Assembly: GCA_963851445.1 (NCBI GenBank) | Contig: CAWKPH010000001.1 | Span: 297,363-361,362 of the forward strand | Direction of reading: 5' to 3' | Origin: an uncultured bacterium | GTDB taxonomy: Bacteria; Patescibacteriota; Minisyncoccia; Phycocordibacterales; Phycocordibacteraceae | DNA: 64,000 nt | Part shown: piece after piece, positions 49,947 to 59,415 of the stretch | Layout of the letters: the number at the start of each line of letters is the position of its first letter | Numbering within the stretch: position 1 is the first letter of the stretch | The notes under the pieces: generated by a model | Databases searched by the model: none | What the model saw: only the letters and a program-made list of their open reading frames with translations | What the model was told of the DNA's origin: nothing | Translations under genes and position numbers: made by a program

Positions 49947-50825
49947 CTAAGAAAGCCTATCCGAAAGAGGTTTCTTTGCCGTGAAGAATACTGGAAGAAC
50001 AAGAAGCGCTAAGAGTGGCGCGGTATTCGGATCGGTAGGGGTACCGACGATGAGCGTGGAGAGCTGTCCGAAATCTTGACCAAGCCACCATACAAAGAAA
50101 AGGAATACCAGTGCAGTGGTGCCGGTAATCCTGTTTGGTTTGAATAATAGAACGAGACCGACGAGAAACGGAACGACAACTAGTAATAGATTTGATGGTA
50201 TCGGATTGAGGCCGACAAGTACATAAATATGATTCGGCAAGGTACTCACAAGATGGAACGGGTCCATCATTGCCGTCATAAAGTTTCCTTGTGCTCCTGT
50301 CGCCGCCCAAAGTGAAGATTGCAACTGCAAGAGGGAGCCGAGAATGAATGTTCCGCCTGCGATTTTCGGATACCACCCAATGTGCACTTTCTCTGGAATG
50401 AGGAGTAGCACCCCGAGCAAGATGTAAAGCAGAACGGCACCTGGAGCTCCGGTATAAAAACTCGCACTACCGGTGAAGAGTTGTCCTGCTCCCTCCCCAC
50501 AGAACCAAACTACGATGCCCCATATGATTGATATCCAGAGACCTGCTTTGAACTTCTTGCTTGGAAGAGGACAAAGCAACAAAAGACCTATGGCCACCTG
50601 AAGTAAGGCGGCAGCGGTGTTCGTGATAATCGTATTCGTGCTCCAGAGTTGTATGCCCCAAGTAACGATCAGGTGTAGAAGCGTCGGTTGATTATTAAGG
50701 AGTGGTGTCAGGATATTGGTCACGAACTCTGGACCGAACATCTGAGGTTGAAGTTGCAAAAGGCCATCAAGAAGCCAAAGTGCACCTAGACTTTTAGCAA
50801 CAATATTTCTTGAGGCGTTAGTCAC
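49947..50825 (-). CDS. Multi-pass membrane protein with internal duplication
   Basis: 'LWLLDGLLQLQP', 'VWFCGEGAG' / 'VWWLGQDFG' and 'TDPNTAP'. Confidence 0.75.
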   Translation of the reverse strand: MTNASRNIVAKSLGALWLLDGLLQLQPQMFGPEFVTNILTPLLNNQPTLLHLIVTWGIQLWSTNTIITNTAAALLQVAIGLLLLCPLPSKKFKAGLWISIIWGIVVWFCGEGAGQLFTGSASFYTGAPGAVLLYILLGVLLLIPEKVHIGWYPKIAGGTFILGSLLQLQSSLWAATGAQGNFMTAMMDPFHLVSTLPNHIYVLVGLNPIPSNLLLVVVPFLVGLVLLFKPNRITGTTALVFLFFVWWLGQDFGQLSTLIVGTPTDPNTAPLLALLVLPVFFTAKKPLSDRLS

Positions 50826-50945
50826 GATGTCATTCTAGCAATCAATTCTAGTTTCTCCCTCACGCCCGCCATATATTCCGGATCTGATAATATGGTTAGA
50901 TAATCGGCACCCCTCCCGCCCACGGTTCAGTTAATATAACTTTTT
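50822..50945 (-). repeat. att-like repeat copy 2 (encodes GGRGADYLTILSDPEYMAGVREKLELIARMTS*)
   Basis: Repeat plus TTAATATAACTTTTT, identical to 44608-44622 next to tRNA-His. Confidence 0.88.
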
Positions 50946-50998
50946 GTATAAAAAAGAACGGCACACGCGAAGTGGCCGTCCTAGGGTTGTCTTTTCAA

Positions 50999-52201
50999 TC
51001 ATGACTCAGAGTCCAATATGGATCTCACTTCTTGAACAGCCACCACAAGTTTCTTATAGGCCTTTTCGCCCCTAGCTTTTCTAATCGCGGCTAATGAAGC
51101 TTCCTCTTGCTCCAGGTTCGGTTCTGGTTGCTCGATACCAAAGTAGAAGTAGGCGACCGATGTACTCAAGGCTCGTGCAATGAGCAACAGCCGTCCAGCA
51201 CTAAGGTAGTCACCTCGTTCATAGTGTTGTAGCTGTTGCATCGACAAATTAGTCGCATCACCAAGCTGAGTTGTCGTGAGACCTAACGCGATTCGTCTTC
51301 GACGAATCCTTCCCCCGATCCATTTTTGGATCTCTATCTCCGTCAGAGCCTCTTGTGGAATCGGTACTTCGGTAATAGTAGATTGGGTTGAGACAAGACC
51401 AACGCGAGAACCGAAGTTTTCGTAGACCTGTCGATGACGGAGATATTTCTCGATAAGATTTCGCCTTTTAGCCCCTTCGCGCACATCTCGATTCCCCTCG
51501 GCAGGCCCAGATATTTCGAGATGCTTATAAAGTCGAGTGATAATCATTCCCACGTCCCCGACTTTAAGCTGGAGCTTACTCGCGACCTCGACGTTCATAA
51601 GACCCTCAACAAGTAGGTCGAGGACCTTGATTGTTCTTGATGGAAGCAGAGCAACCTTCGGATCGTACCCAGCACTTCTGATGGGGTCCGAGAGGACAGA
51701 TGATTCGACTTTCTTATCGTCAGCGAGAATCGGTTTACTAGACTCATTAACCACGACACTTGCTTCCGGTTCTGCTTCCGGAGTAGGTTTTTTCGCAATG
51801 GGAGTAACTACTTCTTTCGGTCCCACAACCTTACGAGGAACCGGAGGCGGGGTAGCGGGTGTAGTCGCAATGGGTGCAGGTTCTGTAGCTCTACGAATCA
51901 AAGGCGGCCTATCTTGCTGAGGCGGCGCGGGACGCGGAGTTTCCGCGCCTCGTGCCAAGTGATATTCGCACAGACCCGTTACTGGATCTTTCACCTTTCG
52001 TGGCTCACCGGCTTCAAGCAGGCAGGCCTTGCAGGCACGTACTTTGGAGGTGCATTTAATGGAACAGCACCCCACATTGCGAGAAATAATTCTTGTAGTC
52101 GCAATACATACTGCTTCACTCACTCCTTTCGGGTTGAATGCGCATGGCACATGGAAGATCTTCACATCAGCCACTCTGGCTGCGTTTCCGTCAGTGGTCA
52201 T
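50999..52201 (-). CDS. Regulator-like protein: Cys-rich N-terminus, LuxR-like HTH and XRE HTH
   Basis: 'VLDLLVEGLMNVEVASKL' and 'IGGRIRRRRIALGLTTTQLG...QQLQHYERG'. Confidence 0.75.
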   Translation of the reverse strand: MTTDGNAARVADVKIFHVPCAFNPKGVSEAVCIATTRIISRNVGCCSIKCTSKVRACKACLLEAGEPRKVKDPVTGLCEYHLARGAETPRPAPPQQDRPPLIRRATEPAPIATTPATPPPVPRKVVGPKEVVTPIAKKPTPEAEPEASVVVNESSKPILADDKKVESSVLSDPIRSAGYDPKVALLPSRTIKVLDLLVEGLMNVEVASKLQLKVGDVGMIITRLYKHLEISGPAEGNRDVREGAKRRNLIEKYLRHRQVYENFGSRVGLVSTQSTITEVPIPQEALTEIEIQKWIGGRIRRRRIALGLTTTQLGDATNLSMQQLQHYERGDYLSAGRLLLIARALSTSVAYFYFGIEQPEPNLEQEEASLAAIRKARGEKAYKKLVVAVQEVRSILDSES

Positions 52202-52282
52202 CGGAGCCTCCTTGGCTAGAGTTTCAGAGAACGACCATTCTGCGAGGGAGTATTGCATATCGGTAACGCATTTCAAAGCTCG

Positions 52283-52435
52283 TTAACTTTGCTCGACACA
52301 TGTCGTAATCATATTTAACTTCTCCCTCACTCCCGCCATATACTCCGGATCAGACAATATAGTTAGATAGTCGGCACCCCTTCCGCCCTCGTTTTTCAGC
52401 CTTTATATACAGCGCCTCACAGCGTCGGAGTAACG
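52283..52435 (-). repeat. att-like repeat copy 3 (encodes GGRGADYLTILSDPEYMAGVREKLNMITTCVEQS*)
   Basis: Matches copies 1 and 2 and shares the right flank with copy 1. Confidence 0.88.
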
Positions 52436-52608
52436 GAAATAGATCCATACGGGTAGAAACCGCTAGGATTGACAAGAATACAATATATATATATTGTATT
52501 CAACGGAATGTCATGAAGGCATACCCTCGAACATAAGGCCGTCCAAGACGGTACTGCTTCGGGTCTGTTCCAACCAGTCCACAGCCAAACACATGGAGCT
52601 GACGACCA

Positions 52609-53692
52609 ATGGTTACCAACCTCACTTCGATCAAGATCCTCAACCCGGGTCTCGATGAGTTCAACGGCAACATCATCCTGCGCGGTGTCGTTTCGCCTGA
52701 CTCCTTCGTCCACCTCAAAGTCGACGACTATCAGCGTGAAGTCTCCCCGCTCACCAGCCAGTCCAGTATCCTCAGCGCCCTCGAGGGCAATGAGTCCCTG
52801 CCGGACATCGAGCTCGGCATGCGCGAAGAACTTCAAGGAGGAGAAGGACGGCACGATCAAGCTCTTGGATCCCGTCTACATCGTCGACGGACTCCAGCGC
52901 GTCTCGACCGCCATTCACTTCCTGAACCAGAAGCCCGACGCCCCGGTTCGCATCGGCGCTATGGTGCACTTCGACACGACCAAGGAATGGGAGCGTGATC
53001 GCTTCCGCACCTTGAACACCTTGCGTGCCAAGGTGTCGCCGAACGTTCTCTTGCGCAATCGTCGCGAGGACAGCCGTGCCGTGTTGATGCTCTTCGGCCT
53101 CTCGGGCAACACCCGGGACTTCGTCATGCACAACCGTGTGTCCTGGGGCCAGCGCATGACGCGGGGCGAGCTCATTACGGCCCTTACCTTCGCGAAGTGT
53201 GCGGGCTACATCCACTCGCACAAGACGGCCGGCAAGTCGAACAGCATCGATGCGCTGGTTCCAGCGCTTGATCGGGCGGTCGACGTCATCGGCCTCCAGA
53301 ACATGCGCGAGAACATCAAGGCCTTCTTCGATCTGGTGGATGAATGCTGGGGCATTCGTCGTGTGCAGTACCGCGAAGGCGCGGCCTACATGCGCGGACA
53401 GTTCCTCTTCGTCCTGGCTCGTCTGATCGCCGATCATACGGACTTCTGGCGTCAGCCGGATGAGAAGAAGCTCTTCGTTGAAGCGCCCCTCAAGCGCAAG
53501 CTCGCGATGTTCCCGGTGCACGACCCTCAGGTCGTGACGCTGGCGGGCTCGACTGGGAAGGCACGCGAGATGCTCTACATGCTCCTGCGCGATCACATCA
53601 ACCGGGGCAAGACGACGAAGCGCCTCAACTCGCGCAAAGCCGATATCGTCGACTTCAGCGAGGAAGAGGAGGACAGCAACGCAGCGGCCTAG
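52609..53692 (+). CDS. ParB/DndB (DGQHR-like) domain protein, frameshift near 52825
   Basis: 'DDYQRE', 'YIVDGLQR' and 'FRTLN'; GC3-rich codon usage switches frame at ATGCGCGAAGAAC. Confidence 0.7.
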
Positions 53693-53749
53693 GATTTGTG
53701 GTGGGCGTGAGTAATATCGCGCCCACCACACCCCCGCGAGGAGGTCTGG

Positions 53750-53905
53750 ATGCAAACTAGCTCTAACAGGTCAGCCAACATCTATGAGCGTGCTCAACGT
53801 GAACTTCGCCTCGCTCGCCGAAATATCGGTCGTGCGTGGCGAATAATCGAAGAGGCCAAGCTCCAGTTGGTTCACTCGAAATCTCGAGATTTACTCTCGA
53901 AATGA
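53750..53905 (+). CDS. 51-aa basic helical protein (not in the ORF track)
   Basis: GAGGAGG SD; MQTSSNRSANIYERAQRELRLARRNIGRAWRIIEEAKLQLVHSKSRDLLSK; terminator-like hairpin after. Confidence 0.55.
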   Translation: MQTSSNRSANIYERAQRELRLARRNIGRAWRIIEEAKLQLVHSKSRDLLSK

Positions 53906-53980
53906 CGACTCGCTACGGTGGGTCGTTTTCTTTGTATGAAAATAAAGGGAGGCTGTTACCCCACTCAGAGCGATATCATT

Positions 53981-54085
53981 TTACATGGAGCCAATCATAT
54001 TCAACTTTTCCCGCACTCTCGCCATGTGCTCTGGATTAGATAGCATAGTTAGATAATCCACACCCCGCCCATAGTTAATGATAAT
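53981..54085 (-). repeat. att-like repeat copy 4 (encodes GRGVDYLTMLSNPEHMARVREKLNMIGSM*)
   Basis: Most diverged copy; CGCCC core at 54066-54070. Confidence 0.8.
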
Positions 54086-54093
54086 ATTGTGCA

Positions 54094-54882
54094 ATGTCGA
54101 TGCAGCGGTTGCTCACGAAAGTTCCGGAAATAACTATCTATTTCTGGATTGTAAAAGTTTTAACCACAGCTTTTGGAGAGAGCTTGTCTGATTTTCTTGT
54201 AAAGATAATTAATCCTGAGATTGCAGTGGCGATCGGAGCCATTGTTTTCTCGATCGCTCTCTTCCTTCAACTTCGAGTCCATCGATACTTTCCATGGATT
54301 TATTGGTTTGCAGTTGCAATGGTTGCCGTATTTGGCACGATGGTTGCCGACGTCTTGCATATCGGATTTGGCATCCCCTATATCGTGACGACAATTTTTT
54401 TCGCTATTTCACTAGCTATAATCTTTGTGCTTTGGTACCGAGTGGAGGGAACGTTATCAATACACAGTATCTACACACTGCGGCGTGAATTTTTTTATTG
54501 GGCAACCGTTATGGCAACATTTGCACTCGGTACTGCTGCGGGAGATATGACCGCCTCGACTCTGGGCCTCGGGTACTTCACATCGGGTATATTATTTGCA
54601 ATATTGCTTGGCTTCGTAGTGATTGCACACTACATACTTAAAGGTATTGCGAACGTTGAACACATACGATTTAGAAACGAAGTTGTCGCTTTTTGGGTTG
54701 CATATATTCTGACGCGCCCGCTTGGAGCCTCGTTCGCTGATTGGATGGGGAAGGCACCAAGCGTAGGGGGACTTGGATGGGGAGATGGAACTGTAAGTCT
54801 AGGGCTCGGTATTCTTATTGTAGGATTTGTGGGCTACTTGGCTTTTACTCGCAAAGATCAACCAAGAAGGAAACCATCGTAA
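54094..54882 (+). CDS. DUF347/COG4705 membrane protein
   Basis: KVPEIT..FW..K..TT..GE, 'GTLSIHSI', 'YILTRPLGASFAD'. Confidence 0.88.
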   Translation: MSMQRLLTKVPEITIYFWIVKVLTTAFGESLSDFLVKIINPEIAVAIGAIVFSIALFLQLRVHRYFPWIYWFAVAMVAVFGTMVADVLHIGFGIPYIVTTIFFAISLAIIFVLWYRVEGTLSIHSIYTLRREFFYWATVMATFALGTAAGDMTASTLGLGYFTSGILFAILLGFVVIAHYILKGIANVEHIRFRNEVVAFWVAYILTRPLGASFADWMGKAPSVGGLGWGDGTVSLGLGILIVGFVGYLAFTRKDQPRRKPS

Positions 54883-54906
54883 TGCGTACAGCGTTATAGA
54901 CACTGC

Positions 54907-55188
54907 ATGAAGAAATTATTTTTAGGCCTTGGAGTGCTACTCATTCTAGTTATTGTTGTTTTTGGAGTCTTTCAAATTTATACGGTAGATAAAGCGCATA
55001 GCACATTTGAAAATTACTACGCATTTCGAGGTTGTTCACAACTTATAAGTAAGACAGCGGATTCAGCAACATGCGCATTGTCGTCAGGAAAAACTATAAA
55101 AATAGTCGAATACGATGACAAATGGTATCTCGATGGGGACTTGCCATGCTCGGGCCCGCTTGCCCAGTATTTGCTTTGTTTGATTTAG
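54907..55188 (+). CDS. Small membrane-anchored protein
   Basis: N-terminal TM; 'YYAFRGC...WYLDGDLP'. Confidence 0.65.
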   Translation: MKKLFLGLGVLLILVIVVFGVFQIYTVDKAHSTFENYYAFRGCSQLISKTADSATCALSSGKTIKIVEYDDKWYLDGDLPCSGPLAQYLLCLI

Positions 55189-55259
55189 TCATAGCTTTGA
55201 ACAATTTCGATGAGTTAGAAATACACGCCGAGGGGTTCTTTTTGGTATAGTACGGAGTA

Positions 55260-55754
55260 ATGATGAAGGCAATTAAGGGATTCTTTGGTGAATTCCAGAC
55301 GTTTGCGTCGCGCGGAAATTTTCTCGATCTTGCCGTCGGCATTGTCATTGGAACCTCATTCACCGCCGTTACAACCGCACTTGTCACAAATATCCTTACA
55401 CCGCCACTTGGTCTTTTGATAGGACGTGTGAATTTCACTGATCTAAAAATTCCGATCGGTGGCAGCGCATCGATCCAGTACGGCCTATTTTTTCAAGCGA
55501 TCATTCAATTCATAATCACCGCATTCGCACTTTTCATACTCATTCGTTCCATTAACCATCTTGAAGATATCGCAAAGCGTAAACAAAATGAAAATGATCC
55601 GCCTGCAGCACCTCCTGAACCAACCGATCCACCCGATGTTGCTCTACTCAAAGAGATTCGTGATGTATTGAAACAACAGCAACCTCAGCACCATAATCTC
55701 GCGCGAGAATCGAGCGAATCACCGCCCGTTACGCCTCCGGCAAATTCCTCGTAA
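55260..55754 (+). CDS. mscL: Large-conductance mechanosensitive channel
   Basis: EF..F..RGN..DLAVG..IG, YG.F, LLKEIRD. Confidence 0.95.
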   Translation: MMKAIKGFFGEFQTFASRGNFLDLAVGIVIGTSFTAVTTALVTNILTPPLGLLIGRVNFTDLKIPIGGSASIQYGLFFQAIIQFIITAFALFILIRSINHLEDIAKRKQNENDPPAAPPEPTDPPDVALLKEIRDVLKQQQPQHHNLARESSESPPVTPPANSS

Positions 55755-55859
55755 CTCTTTATTTAGGGGGTGTGGCTCGAATGTTCCTAGTGCAGGAGAA
55801 ATCACCATAAGAAAAAGCCGCCAACCCCAATATGGAGAAGGCGGTCTCGGTAGTAAATC

Positions 55860-56843
55860 TTAAAGGAGCGAACGCTTTAGGAAGTCCCGGAAGTTCAGAC
55901 CACACACATTTTGCAGCCGCAGGGAATCATACCCCCCATCGATGAACGCCGTTTGAAGGATATACAGCATTATGCTGCCACGCTCGATAAGTTCAGGGGG
56001 CCGATCCGGAAAATATTCCCCGAGAGCTCCCTGCGGTTTGACGATGTTCTGGATCATGTTCTCGAAGTGCCCCCTGGCCGCTTCCATCGTCATATCGATG
56101 TGATTGCAATCTGATCCGACCCCGATCGCGTGCTCGCCGCAAATCGACTCAAGGTAATCGGCATGTCTGACATACTCCGTCAGATAATCCTTACCCTCTT
56201 CGCACATCATGAATGTGATGGCGGGCACGCCGATGTAGCCGCCGAGCTCCACGATGCCCTGTGCGATCTCGTCAGGGAGATTGCGCGGATGTGGGTAGAT
56301 GCTGTAGCTGCCGGAGTGACTCGCCATTATTGGCAGCCTGAGCTTTTCCCTATGAATCAGCTCAAGCGCGCCGGCCGCCGTTTTGTGTCCCGCGTGCGAC
56401 AGGTCAAGAATGATGCCGTACTGGGCCATGGAACGGATGAGCTCCTTGCCAGCATCGGTTAGTGGGCTTTGTCCCTTATACCCGTCGCCGTACTCGGTGG
56501 GTCCGGCATAGGCGATAGCCATACACTGGACTCCTTCGCGACGCAGCTCTTGGAGCTGCGCGCTCGATAGCCCTTCAGGGCTATGCTGCATCCCGAAGAG
56601 AACGCCAATTGAAGCACCACTGCCCAACACAACGTCGTTCATCTTCAGGACATGATGGACGTTCGCGTTTGAAAGCGTTTGGGCCATAAATTGCCGATGA
56701 ACAGCGAGGGCGTTGGCGAACTCCCTGACAGGGGGCGGTACGCTCGTCAAATGAGCGAGCGATAGAACTGGGCGCTTCGAAGGGTCGAAGATTGGCGGTT
56801 GCATTTGTAGAGCAACAAACGCCATTGAATCTGCATAGTACAT
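55860..56843 (-). CDS. Membrane dipeptidase (M19) family protein, divergent
   Basis: LTDAGKELI, LDLSH, ASHS, RNLPDE, GVGSD, GLNF. Confidence 0.8.
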   Translation of the reverse strand: MYYADSMAFVALQMQPPIFDPSKRPVLSLAHLTSVPPPVREFANALAVHRQFMAQTLSNANVHHVLKMNDVVLGSGASIGVLFGMQHSPEGLSSAQLQELRREGVQCMAIAYAGPTEYGDGYKGQSPLTDAGKELIRSMAQYGIILDLSHAGHKTAAGALELIHREKLRLPIMASHSGSYSIYPHPRNLPDEIAQGIVELGGYIGVPAITFMMCEEGKDYLTEYVRHADYLESICGEHAIGVGSDCNHIDMTMEAARGHFENMIQNIVKPQGALGEYFPDRPPELIERGSIMLYILQTAFIDGGYDSLRLQNVCGLNFRDFLKRSLL

Positions 56844-56945
56844 GGTGGCCTCCAAGCCTGGGTTGTCTAAGTTGAATATAACAGAATTATGTGAACGTGT
56901 CAAAACTCACTTACTCTGCTTTGCACACACCTAATGGTAGAGAAC

Positions 56946-57368
56946 CTACTTGAGACACTCCAGTACAGCGTTCAGATAACCGGGAGAGATATAAGCATGC
57001 ATGTCGTTTCTTATCTGGTCGATGTCATTTGCGCTAACCCATCGGTACTCTTCATGTTCATCACTGAAGGAAACCGAAAAGGGATCAGCATCGATTCTAT
57101 AAAAAATGAGAAACAGGCCGAGCTCATCTTTTAAGTCTTTTGGGAGACGATAGGCACTTATGATTTTCTTTTGACTGTAATTTCCCAGTGAAGGAACTTC
57201 TTCTTTGAGCTCGCGATTAAGGGTCTCCTCTATAGTTTCATTATCATCAATTCGTCCTCCAGGTATATCCCAGAAGTAATTGCCAGATTGATCCTTCTTC
57301 TTGAGAAGTAGCACTTTATTATCCACACGTATCACACCTTTCACTCCGACGTAAAAAGTCTTAAGCAT
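56946..57368 (-). CDS. NUDIX hydrolase
   Basis: PGGRIDDNETIEETLNRELKEE Nudix box. Confidence 0.9.
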   Translation of the reverse strand: MLKTFYVGVKGVIRVDNKVLLLKKKDQSGNYFWDIPGGRIDDNETIEETLNRELKEEVPSLGNYSQKKIISAYRLPKDLKDELGLFLIFYRIDADPFSVSFSDEHEEYRWVSANDIDQIRNDMHAYISPGYLNAVLECLK

Positions 57369-57454
57369 TAAAGGATTATAACCCTTCTTGCTCGGTCTCG
57401 TGTATCGGCTTAGGACGTCTTAGTCTCTTAACCACGGAGGTATACTGCTTCATA

Positions 57455-57991
57455 ATGAAAGAAACGACTCTGGTTATCGTCAGTGGACTGCCTGCAACTG
57501 GGAAAACAACTTTAGCTAGAAGAATAGGCACAGAATTTAAACTACCTGTCTTTATCAAGGACGATTTTAAAGAGACCATTGCTGATTCTATTGGAGTGAA
57601 GGATTCGTCAGTTGAAGGGCTCGGCCGAGCTAGTCATTCAATTCTTTTCTATATCGCAAAGCAATGCTTAGAGAATGGTATCTCTCTAGTCATTGAAGGA
57701 AATTTTAAAGATACTCAACACACAAGAGAGTTCATTCAATACCTAAAGGAATCACGCAAACGTATTATAGAAATTCTCTGTACTGCCGAGTACTCGTTAC
57801 GCCTTGAGCGATATAAAAGCAGAAAGAAACATCCTGTACACCCGCTTCTCACAGATCCTGCCTACGCGAAGAGTTTTGAAGAAGATAAAAGTTTTTCTTT
57901 AGGAATTGGAAAGACATTGGATATCGATACGTCTGATTTCTCTCAAATACCGTATGAATCTATTTATGATGCCATCGAAGATTCTTTATAG
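57455..57991 (+). CDS. P-loop kinase (AAA_33-like)
   Basis: GLPATGKTTLA, KDDFKE, RY..R. Confidence 0.85.
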   Translation: MKETTLVIVSGLPATGKTTLARRIGTEFKLPVFIKDDFKETIADSIGVKDSSVEGLGRASHSILFYIAKQCLENGISLVIEGNFKDTQHTREFIQYLKESRKRIIEILCTAEYSLRLERYKSRKKHPVHPLLTDPAYAKSFEEDKSFSLGIGKTLDIDTSDFSQIPYESIYDAIEDSL

Positions 57992-58077
57992 AACTTCCTC
58001 GTTATAAGGTTAGGGTGTGGGTGATATGAAAGCTCGTTATAGGGTATGATCTGCAATGGACACGACGGAGGTTTTCA

Positions 58078-58593
58078 ATGGCATCGCGTACATGGCAACT
58101 TCTACGCTACCGCGAATTGACCATTGCAGGCATTCTGATGAGGGAACTCTACCAGATTTACGATGCAGGTGGTCATTCTGGAAGAAGTGTGAAATCTCAA
58201 CTCCTTGAGTCGGCATTACTCCTTGCTCCGAGAACAAGCTATAGACCGAAGACTCATCTCGTATGGAGTGAATTTTTCGAAGAAATATCGCTGGTAATAC
58301 GAGCTCGGAAAGAGAGAAGAGGTTCACTCCAACCGCTACTCATTACTGATCTCGAGCATCTTTCAGATGAGGAGTACGCAAGTCTCGCTATTTCACACGT
58401 ATGCGCATTGAACGCGACAACCGATCCCGAACCAAGCCACATCGAAATTCTACTTCTCGCAAAGATTGCCGAGGTGTTACGTGTGGAAGAACGCATGGGC
58501 CAATTCCACCAGATTTCCACATCCTCAGAACTTCTAGTGAGGGAAGGGCGTAGACGATTTTTCGCGCGCAGACGCAAGACCAGCACCATCTAG
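58078..58593 (+). CDS. Hypothetical protein
   Basis: GGAGG SD before the ATG; 171 aa. Confidence 0.55.
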   Translation: MASRTWQLLRYRELTIAGILMRELYQIYDAGGHSGRSVKSQLLESALLLAPRTSYRPKTHLVWSEFFEEISLVIRARKERRGSLQPLLITDLEHLSDEEYASLAISHVCALNATTDPEPSHIEILLLAKIAEVLRVEERMGQFHQISTSSELLVREGRRRFFARRRKTSTI

Positions 58594-58658
58594 TACTGGT
58601 CTTTTTATGTAATATTTGCTAATCACAGCTAAAATTTCAGAACTGCTATACTCTGCAC

Positions 58659-59345
58659 ATGAAAGAATTGTTTGCAGGGATACTACTCATCCTGATTATC
58701 GGCATTGGAGGGTTCTTCTATCGAAACGAAGTTGAGGGGAATGGACTTGCTCTAGGATCAAACGGAAATCAAGGTGGTGCCTGTACACAGGAAGCAAAGA
58801 TATGTCCCGATGGGAGCGCAGTGGGTCGCACAGGCCCTGGTTGCACCTTTGCTATATGTCCGCCGCCAAACGTCGAGATCGACCAAGCCTCCACTACGCT
58901 GGCATTTGTCTTACCCGTTGGATATTCCGAGGTTCAGCAAGGAACTTCAAGTCCATCATCGCTGCGTACATATCAAAAATCAATTACTCCTGGCTCATTC
59001 GATACGATTACCATCTCTTCATATCAAATTCCCACAGGAGAAAATGCATCAGGGGTTATGCTAGCGCATACGGTCTTCGAACCTTCAGGCAAAGAAGCAA
59101 CAACGACTAATGAGTTCGGTACAATCACAGAAGGTAGCAATTCTTTTTCAATTGTCGATATAGAACGTTTTGACGGCACGGTAGAGAGTCTTTACTATCT
59201 TGCAACTACGAGTGAGGTATACCAATTCGATCTCGTAGAAAGGAATGTGACGAATTGGAATGATCCGACTCTAAATACAGATACGCTTTCAGAGCACAAA
59301 GCACTCGAACAAATGCTTGCAACCCTCCAGATCAACGAATCCTAA
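58659..59345 (+). CDS. Membrane-anchored protein with CPR-type Cys motif
   Basis: CTQEAKICPDGSAVGRTGPGCTFAICP. Confidence 0.75.
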   Translation: MKELFAGILLILIIGIGGFFYRNEVEGNGLALGSNGNQGGACTQEAKICPDGSAVGRTGPGCTFAICPPPNVEIDQASTTLAFVLPVGYSEVQQGTSSPSSLRTYQKSITPGSFDTITISSYQIPTGENASGVMLAHTVFEPSGKEATTTNEFGTITEGSNSFSIVDIERFDGTVESLYYLATTSEVYQFDLVERNVTNWNDPTLNTDTLSEHKALEQMLATLQINES

Positions 59346-59415
59346 AAGCATTTATACGAAATCGCACAGAAATGGCGCGGTGGTATGATTGAGTCATTAG
59401 ATAACTCGCATAACC

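Larger units (their letters stand above)
44593..54070. mobile_element. tRNA-His-integrated tandem island / cassette array
   Basis: Recombinase at the tRNA 3' end, four co-oriented att-like repeats sharing the CGCCC core with the tRNA end, and heterogeneous GC cargo. Confidence 0.75.

Noticed and set aside
52772-53755. 327-aa antisense ORF (and similar shadow ORFs at 48-49 kb)
   Set aside because: This is a by-product of high GC3 in the sense gene, with no motifs of its own.
46731-54085. Classical integron attC sites
   Set aside because: There is no IntI tyrosine recombinase and no RYYYAAC/GTTRRRY hairpin structure. The repeats instead match the serine recombinase/tRNA junction.
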